Assembly: GCA_964016885.1 (NCBI GenBank)
Contig: OZ024742.1
Location: 53,568,001-53,632,000 of the forward strand
Length of the DNA stretch: 64,000 nucleotides
Source: Eledone cirrhosa
Lineage: Eukaryota
Direction of reading: 5' to 3'
Shown here: positions 45,623 through 61,088 of the stretch, piece after piece
Numbering within the stretch: position 1 is the stretch's first letter
How the letters are laid out: every line of letters starts with the position of its first letter
Made by a program: the position numbers and the translations under genes
Notes under the pieces: generated by a model
Database searches by the model: none
What the model saw: only the letters and a program-made list of their open reading frames with translations
Told to the model about the DNA's origin: nothing

Positions 45623-48073
45623 ATGGAAAAACAATACTTGGGAACTTCTTTAAAGAATATACCAATTCCTTCTAAGGATGACTTTTTACTCCTTATGATA
45701 CAGAAAACTAACCAATTTATCAGAAGAGTTAGATGGAGGGCCTACCACTTCGATAAAACATCTAAATATGCAGATAGGAAATATATGTATGATTTCACTA
45801 CTTACAAGAATACACCACACAACTCTCTACTTGAAGACTTTGAGAAAGACCTTTTTAATTTAATTAAACACCCCAAATTTAAGAAGTATAAATCTGTCTT
45901 TCAAAAGGACCTTGATTCTACCCTATTGGACCTAAAAAAGTCTAAAAAAATCCATGTCCACTCGGACAAAACTGGAAACTTATATCACATGGATATTGAA
46001 AATTATAATGAGTTCATATATAAAGAACTCAGGAAAAATTATAGAAAAACTAATAATGCGTCACTCACCAACATCAACAACAAAACACACAACATAGTGA
46101 ATAAACTAAATATTGAAGATAGAACTGAACCTTTGGCATTGAAAAGACCACACTTCAACCTGAAAGATCATAAATCAAACTTTAACTCAAATCCTTCTAT
46201 AAGACTTATATGTCCCTCCAAATCTGATATTGGAATAATTAGCAAAAAACTTTTGGATAGAGTCATCCCACAAATAAGAAAACATGTTAATTTACCACTC
46301 TGGGAAAACACTTCCCAGGTAATTAACTGGTTTAAAAATATTAGATGTAAATCTTCTGCTTCATTTCTACAATTTGATATAGATAATTACTATTCTTCTA
46401 TATCACCTATACTCCTGAACAAAGCTTTGATATTTGCTAAAAATAGATCTAACTTAACTTTGGATGACATTAATATTATTACACATGCTAGACTAACACT
46501 TATTGAATTTCAGAATGAATACTGGACCAGAAACACATATAGTAATCTATTTGATATTACTATGGGTTCAAGCGATTCTGCCCAAATTACTGATCTTGTG
46601 GGCCTCTTTCTTCTTTTTAACATAAATGCTTCCTTTCCCCACCTTAAAGGTGGTTTATATCGTGATGACTGTCTTCTTCTTTCCAACAACCTTAGCCTCT
46701 CAGAAATAGAAAAAAACAAAAAGCTTATTAGAACTTTCCTTAAAGACTATTATAGTCTTCATATTACTTTTGAAAACACAAGTAAAGTAGTTAATTTCCT
46801 AGATATAACTTTAGACTTAGCTACGGGTATCTACCAACCTTACCATAAACCCAACCAAAACTTACACTACATACACTCACAATCTAATCACCCTAAATCT
46901 ATCATTAAAAACCTTGCATATAATATATCACTTAGAATTTCTAACCTTTCGTCTAACCAAGATGTATTTGATAAAAATGCGACCTTCTATAACGAAGCTC
47001 TAGATAGAAGTGGCCACAAAAATAGATTGGAATATATACCTTCTACTAATAACACTATAAACATACAACCTAATATTACCAACAAACACCAAATGAAAAG
47101 TACACACCTAAATGCCACTCACACTATACCCCAAAATACCAACATAAAACCAAATTTCTCTAACTCCTCTAATATAAAGTATAGTAACTCTCAAAAAACT
47201 ACTCATCATACAACTCTAATAAATGTTAATAATAAAACTCCTAATAAACAAGCTAAAACACCTAAATCAATAAATCTAACTAAAAATGTGCGTGGTGAGG
47301 TCATTAACATTAATCCTCCTAGTAAACATCACGATGCATCCTATAAAAACAATAAACAACATAGAAACCGTAATAGACGAGTTACTTGGTATAATACTCC
47401 ATTTAATTTACAAATTAAGGATAATATTGCTAAAAAATTTTTTAATATCCTAGAGAAAAACTTCCCGCCAAACCACAAATACCATCAAATCTTAAATAGA
47501 TCAACAGTTAAATTCTCATACTCAACAACCAAAAACATAAAACAAAATATAAGTGCCTATAATGCATATAAATGTAAAAAAACCATAAGTATACCACCAA
47601 TACATCAAACTAACCATAATATCTCCTCAAATACAGAATTAACGAAAGGTTGTAACTGTAGAAACAAAGCAAACTGCCCATTAAAAGGAAATTGTCTTGT
47701 TAACAACATAGTTTATAAATGTAAAGTTAAAACTAAAGATTCTATTTGCTCATATATAGGAGCTACTTCTAACAATTTTAAGGTAAGGTTTAATACCCAC
47801 AAACATAGTTTAAAAAATGCCGCACTGGCTAATACAACATCTCTAGCAGAAAAAATTAATAGTTATAGAAATAAGAATATAGAATATGATATGACCTGGA
47901 GTGTGCTCAAAAGAGCCACCCTTATCAAAATAATAGAAATGAATGTAGATTGTGTTCCCAAGAACTATTTGAAATAATGAAATCTAAGGATATCCTATTA
48001 AATAAGCGACAGGAATTAATTATATCGTGTAATCATAAACTGAGAAAAACATTTAAATATTATAAACCTAATT
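45623..48073 (+). CDS. PLE reverse transcriptase + CxCx5Cx5C finger + GIY-YIG endonuclease; single frameshift near 47920
   Basis: SLKNIPIPS, DKTGN, LKDHK..RLICPSKS, FDIDNYYSSI, MGSSDSAQ, GLYRDD, CNCRNKANCPLKGNC, IVYKC..YIG; shifted frame gives PYQNNRNECRLCSQE..LNKRQE..SCNH. Confidence 0.92.
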
Positions 48074-48075
48074 AA

Positions 48076-49021
48076 TCTATATATATAAAACTGTGGTTGT
48101 CTGTCTGTCTATCGATTTTTGGCACACATCTCCTCTTAGAATCTCTCACAGAATTGCACCGAAATTGCTATACTTGTACATTGAGCCCTAGCGAAGACAT
48201 CGGAAAAATAAAAATTTCAAATTGACCCACCCTATGTGACGAAATCGAATATAATGTATCGATTTTTGAGCGTAAGTTATCAGTTATTTCCCTTTGTTCT
48301 GTTTACATTGAGCGTCTTACGTAAAAAATTACGTTGGCTTTCTCAGCGTTTAAAATGACATTAACACAATACACGAACAGTTCGAACACTAAGCTTCCGT
48401 TTTGCTTCATTTCCATTTAAAAGCATTTTAAAACAATATTTTTACTTGAAAACAAGTCTATTTAAAGACTACGTAAAACAAGCAAATATTTCGTCGTTAG
48501 GCGTGCAGACAGACAGTCGTGCAGACAGACAGTCGTGCAGAGAGGTGATATACGCGTGCAGACAGACAGTCGTGCAGAGAGGTGATATAGGCGTGCAGAC
48601 AGACAGTCGTGCAGAGAGGTGATATAGGCGTGCAGACAGACAGTCGTGCAGAGAGGTGATATAGGCGTGCAGACAGACAGTCGTGCAGAGAGGTGATATA
48701 GGCGTGCAGACAGACATAACTGATAATTTGGTTACGCTAATGTTTTTCTCTGCGTTGCAGTGTTTACATTTTCGATCTTTGTTAATAAATAACCAGTGCA
48801 GTTTTTATCCCCAGCATCCTCTTTTGTTATAACATTCGGGTTATCGTTATGTTTTCTTAACTTCATAAGGCATATTGTTGGTTGAGGGAATATTAATCAA
48901 AAACACCACATGCAAGTCTGCACAGTAGACACTACAGTTTTTAAGCCAAAACAGAAACTTAACATTGTAACTTTAACACAGCTACTGAGCGACCCCGAGC
49001 AACGCCGGGCTTTACTGCTAG
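48076..49021 (+). mobile_element. Non-autonomous Helitron nested in PLE 2
   Basis: 5' TCTATATATATAAA; 3' hairpin CCCGAGCAACGCCGGG then CTAG; inserted between A and T with no TSD. Confidence 0.85.
48500..48715. repeat. 37-bp minisatellite (~6 units) inside the Helitron
   Basis: Unit GCGTGCAGACAGACAGTCGTGCAGAGAGGTGATATAG at 48591, 48628, 48665. Confidence 0.95.
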
Positions 49022-49930
49022 TAATATATATTTTAGAAATTAATATATAAATTAATTTAAATGTAGTTAACCTATAATTTTAATTTAATTAAAATTCTAC
49101 TACAGATGAAATTTTAAAAAATATTGTGTAATCATAAACTGTGAAAAACTTTTAAATATTATTAACATAATTAATATCTACTTTGGAAATTAATTTATAG
49201 ATTAATTTTAGTTTATTTAACCTTTTATTAAAATTCCTTTACAGATGAAATATAACAAAATATCGTGTAATCAATAACAGAGTAATACTTTTTAATATTA
49301 TAAACCTAATTAATGTACAATTTAGAAATTAATTTATAAATTAATTTTAATTTAGTTAACCTATAATTTTAATTTAGTTAGCTTAAAATTAAAATTCTAA
49401 TACAGATGGATTGCAGAATATCATGTAATCATAAACTGAGAAAAACTTTTAAATATATACCTAATTAATATATTCTTTACAAATAAATATATAGATTAAT
49501 TTTAATTTTAGTTAACCTATAATTATATTCTACTATAGATAAAATACAAAATTTGCTTTAATTATTATAAACCTAATTAACATATACTATAGAAATTAAT
49601 ACATAATTTTTAATTTAGTTAACCTATAATTAATATTCTACTACCGACGAAATACTTGATTTGGCTTTCCCTATTACAAAATTCATTTCCTAAAATTGAT
49701 ACCATCATGTTAATATTTTTAATTTAGTTATGCTATAATTAATACTCTACTACTGTTTAACTTCAAAATTCCGCTTTAAATATTATAAACCTAAGTAGTA
49801 TACACCTTAGAAATTAATATACTAACTATTTTTACTTTAATTAACCTATAATTAATAGTCTACTTATATTAAAATGCATAATTTAGCCTTCTTTCTTACA
49901 TTTCCTAATACTGACACTACTATGTAAACA
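49022..49930 (+). repeat. Degenerate AT-rich tandem repeats (~130-160 bp) in the PLE 2 3' region
   Basis: Recurring TGTAATCATAAACTGAGAAAAAC..AATATTATAAACCTAATTAAT..AGTTAACCTATAATT..TTCTACTACAGATG. Confidence 0.75.
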
Positions 49931-50144
49931 CATATTATGATTTAAATGCAGATTAATATTCTATGTTCCTTGAAACCTATATTTACTATTTCCCACTAAT
50001 AATTTTAATCCCCCTTCCCCCTCTATAATTACTCGTATTTGTAAGCGTGGATGTATGTATGTGTATGTAAGTATGTATGTATGTTTGTGTGTTTGTATGT
50101 GAGTATAAAAATACATATGTGCGCATGTAAATAAGTGTGTATGA

Positions 50145-50228
<84 letters not shown>

Positions 50229-50687
50229 GTGTATGTATGTATGTGTATGTATATGTATTTGTAGAGATGTGTGTATGTATGTGTATATATGTGCATAATT
50301 GTCTGACTGTGTATTTATTTATTTTTTTTATATTATTTTTGTTATATATATATATATATGTGTATATATATATGTGTGTATATATATATATATGTATATA
50401 TATATGTATATATATATATATGTGTGTATGTATGTCTCTATATTTATGTATGTCTGAGTGTGTGTGAGTGGGTGGTTGTGTGTATATATACATGGGTATG
50501 TGTGTGTATGTATATGTACGTATATGTATGTGTGTGTGTATATATATGTGTGTATATATATGTGTGTATATATATATATGTATATATATATGTATATATA
50601 TATGTATGTGTATGTATGTGTGTATGTGTGTGTACATATATGTATATATGTGTGTTGTGAGTATGTGTGTATATATATATGTGTGTG

Positions 50688-50782
<95 letters not shown>

Positions 50783-51014
50783 CGGTGTGTATTTATATGT
50801 ATGAGTATATGTTTTACTTGTTTATTTCTTTTATTATATTTCTTTTTATTTCTAAATTTATAGATACATTTTTATAAATATGCTGAGTCTGACACCCTCC
50901 TTAATTACTTACTCCCTTACCTACTTTTAATTCTGCATCTAGATGTAAGTGTATGTGGCCGTGTTTATATGTGCGCCTCAATATCCATATAGTTATAATA
51001 ATAATATATACGTA

Positions 51015-51057
<43 letters not shown>

Positions 51058-51406
51058 TCGTGGGTATGTGTGTGTTTATGTATATATGCGTGTGTGTGTA
51101 TGAATGTATGTAAATGTGTGTATATATGTGTGTATATATGTATGTATATGTATGTATATTTTGTCTGTGGATTATAAACATACAGAGACATTAGCCCTGA
51201 ATTTTTATATTTACATACACTTTTTCGACATGCGTATGCATGTGAACATACATTTTTATGCATATCTGTGAACGAAGTTACTTGCATATATACACACACC
51301 TAACTGTATTTTCTTGATGAATTTTTATGTATTTCATTGGTCTATTTAAAATCTGTTCCCAAACAGACCTGTAATTTTGAATTGTTGTTATTATCAATAA
51401 ATATAC

Positions 51407-51549
51407 TTCATTATTTCTGAAGACAGCATATATATGTGTTGGTATGTATATTCTCTTTGATAGTTTGTATAATTTTGTACATAGATCTTTTGAATATGCA
51501 TGCCAATTCTAACACATATATGTCCTAGAAACGATCGTTAAATAATGAA
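51407..51549 (+). ncRNA. Hammerhead with ~100-nt stem II in the PLE 2 pLTR (also 45143-45285 + and 44397-44539 -)
   Basis: TTCATTATTT-CTGAAGA-[long hairpin]-GAAA-CGATCG-TT-AAATAATGAA; 10-bp stem I, palindromic stem III. Confidence 0.75.
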
Positions 51550-51746
51550 CTTTTTTTGTTTAATATAAGGAACTGTTTCATTGTTTTATTCATTATTTTT
51601 TTAATATTTTATCTTGACTCTGTATTCCGTTTATCTTTCACCGAAAGTGATCTCTTCTTTCCATGATATCCGGATTACATTGAGTTCTTCATACGGATTG
51701 GACACTACCGTAAACTTTTGGTAGATTTATCTACATATATATATAT

Positions 51747-51840
<94 letters not shown>

Positions 51841-51944
51841 GAATGTATGTATAGTATAATTGGCAATATACCGTATATTTAATTAAAAACATTTAGAAGT
51901 GGTGACTATGTCACTTACTTCTTATCGGCGAAAGAAGGGAGAGA

Positions 51945-51986
51945 AGCTGACAGTCTGTTTCATGCTGGCTGGCGTTCATCAGGGCT
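51945..51986 (-). ncRNA. Minimal hammerhead (slightly decayed)
   Basis: AGCc-CTGATGA-AcGC cagcca GCaT-GAAA-CAGACTG-TC-aGCT; GUC triplet. Confidence 0.65.
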
Positions 51987-52389
51987 ACGTACACCCCTGC
52001 TTTCGCCGAAAATTATAGAAGTGAGATTCTTATAGAATTCCAGTAATAATCAGGAGCTGATTATACAGAGCGATTGCCGGTTCAGCAAAAATTAGATGGA
52101 ATTCTATAAGAATCCAGCTTCTATAATTCAATGATGAGAAGTTTGGTTTCAAAACGAATATATATATATATATTCTTTGTGAAACCGAACTTCTCATCAT
52201 TGGTAGATGCTACATCAGGGTGGTCCTAGAAGAAGCCTCTTCATATATATATATATAGGTAAGTTATTCCGGGTTGAATCAGAGGTAACCACAGTAAGTA
52301 AGGTACTCAATACATAGCAGAGTATAACAGTTTTAATATAAATGAGATTCTATAGGACTAGAACTGTTTCATTCTTTAGAAATCATCAG

Positions 52390-52448
<59 letters not shown>

Positions 52449-52828
52449 TTCGTGAGTGAATAACAATAACATAATGTTATTGATATTCGATTTGTTTGCA
52501 AGCAAACAGCCTCATAACGCCGTGTGTTCTAGATGACTATCACGATCCTTTTGTTCCAGTGGAGCAGAGAGAAACAATCTACAATTGATTCGGGGTTATT
52601 GCCCCTTATCAAGATTGTATATTTATCTCCGTTCTGTTATACACTGGAACTCTTGAGAATACATAGTATTCTCTCAAGTATACATTGGCTGATTAGCCTA
52701 ATTTGCATACCAAGCGATTTTATGAGCTTGCAAACGAATCCAATATTAATAATATTATTATAATATTATTGTTATTCACTCACGAATGCAATTACGTAAC
52801 CGCTATGTTAGAGCGAAGACAATTTTTG

Positions 52829-52869
<41 letters not shown>

Positions 52870-52929
52870 GTGTGTGTGTGTGAGTGTTTATGAGCGTGCG
52901 TATGCATGTGTGTGGGTGGGTATGAAGGT

Positions 52930-53170
52930 CTGTGGTCTAGCGGCTAGGGTGTTAGATTTACGATCATAATGTGGATTATTTCTGGACCGCGTAGTGAGTT
53001 GTGTTTTTAAGCAAAACACCTAATTTTACAGTGCTCCAGTATATTTAGCTGAAAATGAGTAGTAGTACTAGCAATTCAACCCTGCGATGGACAGGCGTCT
53101 TGTCCAGGAGAAACTCTTGAGCTCTCAGTCGCTAAACGCTACGGAAACCGGAATAAGCATCGGCCTATAT
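52930..53170 (+). mobile_element. Old tRNA-derived SINE with conserved-type central domain
   Basis: TGGTCTAGCGGCTAGG A box; AACCCTGCGATGGACAGGCGTCTTGTCCAGG..GCTACGGAAACCGGAATAAGC resembles central domains of widespread animal SINE superfamilies (exact superfamily not assigned). Confidence 0.6.
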
Positions 53171-53678
53171 TGGTTTCTTCAGCCTCCAGCGAGTCAGCAA
53201 CAGACGTGAGCCGCCTCCTGTTTGACTAAATATTTATTAGCGAAGTCGAACCGTTATGATTCGATAATTAACTCCCACTAGCTGGCACGGATGAGTGAAT
53301 TACATCATAACGGTAGCCGACATTACAGTCAAGTTTAAATTGTGCGAAAGGTTAACTGTGTTATTCCAAACAAATAAATATTTTTATATATCCCATTAGC
53401 AACTCTCACAACATTCTAAATTGCAGTAAGTATACATTTTATATGTCGAATAATCCAATTGCTATTATACAATTTATTATTTCCAACGAAATCTCCAATT
53501 CGTCTATATTATACCAGTAACATTTTATAATAAAACTGACTTGGTAAATGTATCTATGGCTGAATCTCGAAAGAATGAATTACACTTTTAATCTAATATT
53601 GCCTTTGGCTGAGACCATATTATTAATATTTAGAGCTGAATTTTGATATTCAACTTCATAAATCCACAGACGAGGATC

Positions 53679-53740
<62 letters not shown>

Positions 53741-54563
53741 TATTTGTATTTATGTGTGTGCTAAAGTAATACCGCAGTAGTTGTAACCAGAATATTACAT
53801 CAACTAGTGTAATATATGATTTAAGTGCGATGCATATTATCATAACATATACTGCACATTTATGTATGTGATGCGGCAACTTGTTTCTGTTAACTTGTTT
53901 GGTCCCTCGTATCAGATATTCCAATAGAATAATAAATTTGATTTAGATTGAATCATATACAGCTTTATTTCAAAGTATTGCCTGTTATGAGGTAACGAGA
54001 TAGCATGGCCGAATGTTTCAGAAGTGTGTTTCGCAAGCATAACGCACTGGTGTCATTTTGAGAAAGTTTAAATTAACATGACTTCGAGTAGACTCAAGCA
54101 GTGTGATTGAACTATAGTAGATGGAAACAGTATCGAAACCCGTCGGAATGACTGTACCTTTATCTGGTAGCCTCAAACATGTCACATACTATGTCACTCA
54201 GAATATCTCTTTAGAACTATATTTTGGCCTATGTCTATGTGGAATTCCCACTCAGTTGCACGGTAATTTCACTAAAAAAACTATGAAACTTCTCGTCGGA
54301 TCCACCGATGGTCCAACATGTATTTGAAGAGGTAGACATTTAGGGATTTGGTAACACAAGGAGGTTTTGTGAGCAATAACAAGTGTGTGTATTAAAATAT
54401 ATCACTGATTGTAAGTATATATTTGTGTTAGCCCTAGTAGCATTTCAAGAATGTCTTGCAGTTTACTGACCGTCAACATATATATATATATATATATAGC
54501 TCGAGGAACGTGTGTGTGTATGTGTGTATATATATACATACATACATACAGACACCCACTCGC

Positions 54564-54645
<82 letters not shown>

Positions 54646-54714
54646 ATGTATATGTGTGTATGTATATATATTTGTATATAAATATATATATATATTGTAT
54701 AAATATATATATAT

Positions 54715-54988
54715 AAACAAGATGGCGTAGGACAGAACAAAGGAGAGGCACAAAAAACAAAGAAAAGAATCCTCAGTCACTGAAGTGGTGACAGAATGTG
54801 TGACGAAAGAACTTTGACAATATATGAACAATCATCTGGTTGTGGAACCAACCAACCAACCGGAAATTTATAAATTTATAAATTTATAAATTCCTAAATT
54901 TATAAATTTAATTTATAATAAATTGAAGTGAAAGAAATGGTGCGTGTGTTTCTTATTGGCAACATGACCCTCCCAAAGCATAACAATA
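54715..54988 (+). mobile_element. Solo pseudo-LTR of the Neptune-like family at 33.7 kb, with mutated hammerhead (54776-54818)
   Basis: Reverse complement of ~33666-33922; core reads CTGAAGT. Confidence 0.85.
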
Positions 54989-55069
54989 TCGGTTTCAACA
55001 CACGTTTTCAGATAAAGAATCTTGCTAAACAAATTCAGAAACGAAATATATATATATATATATATATAG

Positions 55070-57121
<2,052 letters not shown>

Positions 57122-57721
57122 TATATATATAAATGTTTGTATATATGAGTGTATATATATATATATATGTGTGGTACTGGTAATATGTATTGCAGTACAA
57201 CCTGTGCATGGTCGAGTCGTCGGCGACTAAACCGGCAAACCCACCAACCTTGCTTGGTGAGGAGGCTGATTTCGGACACCCCGCGGGATGAAAAACAAAA
57301 CCCGTAAAGGGGTGAGGAACTCAGATTAGTCAATGGCCAACCCATTATTCTTTTTCGGGAGAGGGGCAGTGGAGTGAGAGATCCCTAGTATTTTTTCTTT
57401 AAGACATCTCTCTAGGAGAAGTTCACTGTGGTGTAAAACCTACGACTTCGTTTGCATCCAATGATGTAGACCAGTTCTAATTTCTTGCTAAATGTATTCC
57501 ACGTTCAGAGAGTGGGATAGGCCCCGTGCAAAACCTTTCCTCACTTAAAAAAGCTCCAAGCACAGGCATCACTTGATATCTGATATATTCGTATGTATCA
57601 AGTGATGGCATTACTTGAAATCATACATAAATACATCCATACATACATATATACATATATGATGCCATCATCATGTATGTATGTACGTACGCACGTACGT
57701 ATGTATGCATGTGTTTATGTA

Positions 57722-58698
57722 TGTTATCTCTTTCTCTTAATTTCGAGTATATTTATTTGACCGGCCAACTTCCTGGTGGCAAGGTTGTAAAAGAAATAAA
57801 TTGCCATCCCTTGAATCGCAAGAATGTTTTGCAAATTTTGAAAGTGCCAGCTATCGCAGCCATTTGTAGACTATCAATTAGGGAGCTGCGCTCTTTGTCC
57901 GCAAATCCAAGTACAGTCATACTTTGGTCCAACGGGTTGGTATATAACCCGTAGCTCCAATAATGATGGGTATGAAGCTAAAGGTGTATTTTGGATACTG
58001 GATTTGTAAACTCATCAATGGTCCGTAGATGTCCTCCTTCTCTTGTATTTTTCTGACAACATTTACATCAAGTGGGCAGCTGATCTCCACAACAGAACAC
58101 GTTTTCAATGTGTGGTCCCAAACAACAATATCAGGCCGGTTGTGCTTTAATTTGGTGGCAGTTTTTATTTTCAGGTTCCACCAGTATTCCTTAGTGCCAT
58201 CTGTCTCAATATATTCTTCCTAGTTTGTTGTTAATTTTGTTTTCCGAAGTGCGTTCCAGATGGTTCTAGCTATCCCATCGTGTCTCATGTGGAGGTAGTA
58301 GCGAGATGACATTCTTTCGCAGCTGGCAACAATGTGGCTTACATCCTCGATCTTTGTTTTACATAGCCTACATTTATTGTCAGCTGATGACCCTCCCCTT
58401 TTGTACAGCAGATATTTGGTAGGGAGTTCTTGTTCTTATATTGCATAGAGATATCCCTCAAGGTTGTGATGTCATAAACTTATCGGAACTCCATGCCAGG
58501 AGTTTTGAGTGGTTTATCCCATCTATGGTCTGTGTTTTACGTCTCAAGTATCCATGCACAACTTTTTCTGTAAATTGGTCAATTTTTTCATCTTGTTTGA
58601 ACATTGAATAGGATCTTCCGATTTCTCAGGGTGAGAGATTTATATCAGGCTTTATTCCATATCTCCTCCAGATCAGTGGCTATTCTAATGATATTTTT
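57722..58698 (-). mobile_element. R4-type RLE LINE family 2, 5'-truncated copy
   Basis: CRLCKTKIEDVSHIVASC, RHD, HNRPDIVVWD..VEISCP; duplicate of 58815-59790. Confidence 0.88.
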
Positions 58699-58814
58699 GT
58701 ATGTATGTATGTATGTATGTATGTATGTATGTATGTATGTATGTATGTATGTATGTATGTATGTATGTATGTATGTATGTATGTATGTATGTATGTATGT
58801 ATGTATGTATGTAT

Positions 58815-60861
58815 GTTTTCTCTTTCTCTTAATTTCGAGTATATTTTTTTGACCGGCCACCTTCCTGGTGGCAAGGTTGTAAAAGAAAAGAAATTGTCAT
58901 CCCTTGAATCGCAAGAATGTTTTGCATATTTTGAAGGTGCCAGCTATCGCAGCCATTTGTAGACTATGAATTAGGGAGCTGCGCTTTTTGTCCGCAAATC
59001 CAAGTTCGGTCATACTTTGGTCTAACGGGTTGGTATATAACCCGTAGCACCAATAATGATGGGTATGAAGCTAAAGGTGTATCTTGGATACTGGATTTGT
59101 AAGCTCCTCATCAATGGTCCGTAGATGTCCTCCTCTCCTGTATTTTTCTGACAACGTTTACATCAAGTGGGCAGCTGATCTCCACAACAGAACACGTTTT
59201 CAATGTGTGGTCCCAAACTACAATATCAGGCCGGTTGTGCTTTAATTTGGTGGCAGTTTATTTTCAGGTTCCACCAGTATTCCTTAGTGCCATCTGTCTC
59301 AATATATTCTTCCTCGTTTGTTGTTAATTTTGTTTTCCGAAGTGCGTTCCAGATAGTTCTAGCTATCCCATCGTGTCTCATGGGGAGGTAGTAGCGAGAT
59401 GACATTCTTTCGCAGCTGGCAACAATGTGGCTTACATCCTCGATCTTTGTTTTACATAGCCTACATTTATTGTCAGCTGCTGGCCCTCCTCTTTTGTGCA
59501 GCAGATATTTGGTAGGGAGTTCTTGTTCCTGTATTGCATAGAGATATCCCTCAAGGTGTGATGTCATAAACTTGTCGGAACTCCATGCCAGGCTTTTTGA
59601 GTGGTTTATCCCCTCTATGGTCTGTGTTTTACGCCTCAAGTATCCATGCACAATTTTCTCTGTAAATTGGTCAATTTTTTTTTCTTGTTTGAACATTGAA
59701 TAGGATCTTCCGATTTCTCTGGGTGAGAGATTTATATCAGGCTTTATTCCATATCTCTCCTCCAGATCAGTCGCTATTCTAATGATATTTCTTTTTTCAT
59801 GCTCATAAACCTGAGCAAGATGGTCGCCAACTTTTTTCCTCTGTTGAAGGTGTTGCTTCAGTGTTACTATCCGGGTCTCATATGTTGTTAATATTGATTT
59901 TAGACCCCGGCCACCTTCCTTGCGTGAGAAGTATAGCCTATCCACATCACCATTGATGTTAAAGTTCCCAGTAACACTGAGAAGTTTTCGAGTTCTAACA
60001 TCCATCTCACTTAGTTCTTGCAATGACCAGTTCAGTAGGCCAAATGTTGGCGTTAGAATTGGCACAGCATAGGTATTGTGGGCAATGTATTTGTTGTATG
60101 CTGATAGTTCTGATGACCATATTTTTTTTACTCTTCTGAGGTATTCATTTCTGGTTCTCTCCTTATTTATGGGTCCATCATATCTGACATTCTCATCCTG
60201 TCCAAGATATCTGTAGTTGTCACCTGACTGCAGAGGTTGTATTGTCAGGCCGTTCATATCTAGATTTCTAGAGGAGGGCACAGCTCTTCCACGTTTTACT
60301 GCCAAATATGCACACTTGGACTCACCAAATTTCATTTTGATGTCGGTTGAAAATTGTGTAATGAGGTCCAATTGTTTCTTGATGTCATTGATATTTGGCC
60401 CATACAACTTCAGGTCATCAACAAAGAAAAGATGGGAGATACTTCTGGGCCCACTTCTTTGTCCACCTTGTTTCCTGAGTAGGTAAGATAGTGGATTCAG
60501 TGAGAGAACGAAGAGTAGTACCGACAAGCTATCACCCTGAAAGATGCCCTTCTGGTAATGTATCCTATCAGTCTTAACCTGCTCCTTCTCACCTCTAAGG
60601 ATCAAATTGGTGTACCAGTTCTTGGTCAGGCGTTCAACAGCAGCTACTAATGGTTGTGGGACTTTAGCTAACTGTAAAGCCTTAATAATCCACCCATGAG
60701 GTACACTATCAAATGCTTTTTGATAGTCCAGCCACACGACAGTCATGTTTCTGCGATTCTTTGTTGTTTTTTCCTGAATCATTTTGTTAGTTAGTAGGTG
60801 ATCTATGCAACCCCACACCTCCCTCTTTCCACCAGCTTGCTCAGGTGTTATGATGTTGTTG
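58815..60861 (-). mobile_element. R4-type RLE LINE family 2, longer copy (RT + CCHC + RLE)
   Basis: LDYQKAFDSVPH, GIFQGDSLS, FFVDD, YRYLG, RKEGGRGL; bounded by (TACA)n on both sides. Confidence 0.9.
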
Positions 60862-60917
60862 GTATGTATGTATGTATGTATGTATGTATGTATGTATGTA
60901 TGTATGTATGTATGTAT

Positions 60918-61088
60918 GTTTTCTCTTTCTCTTAATTTCGAGTATATTTTTTTGACCGGCCACCTTCCTGGTGGCAAGGTTGTAAAAGAAAAGAAATTGT
61001 CATCCCTTGAATCGCAAGAATGTTTTGCATATTTTGAAGGTGCCAGCTATCGCAGCCATTTGTAGACTATGAATTAGGGAGCTGCGCT
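60918..61088 (-). mobile_element. 170-bp 3' stub of R4-type family 2
   Basis: Matches 58815-58985; between (TACA)n tracts. Confidence 0.9.

Larger units (their letters stand above)
44334..51736 (+). mobile_element. Full-length Naiad-type Penelope-like element 2: inverted partial pLTR + pLTR + ORF + long 3' region + pLTR
   Basis: pLTRs 44619-45471 and 50879-51736 near-identical; 44334-44620 is the reverse complement of 45062-45348; flanked by (TA)n. Confidence 0.92.

Noticed and set aside
45623-48073. Selenoprotein-type Naiad (in-frame TGA at Cys positions plus SECIS)
   Set aside because: Finger cysteines in both Naiad ORFs are TGT/TGC; no in-frame TGA at conserved Cys positions was seen
48500-48715. 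CRISPR-like 37-bp repeats
   Set aside because: Units are directly adjacent with no unique spacers and no cas genes; it is a Helitron-internal minisatellite
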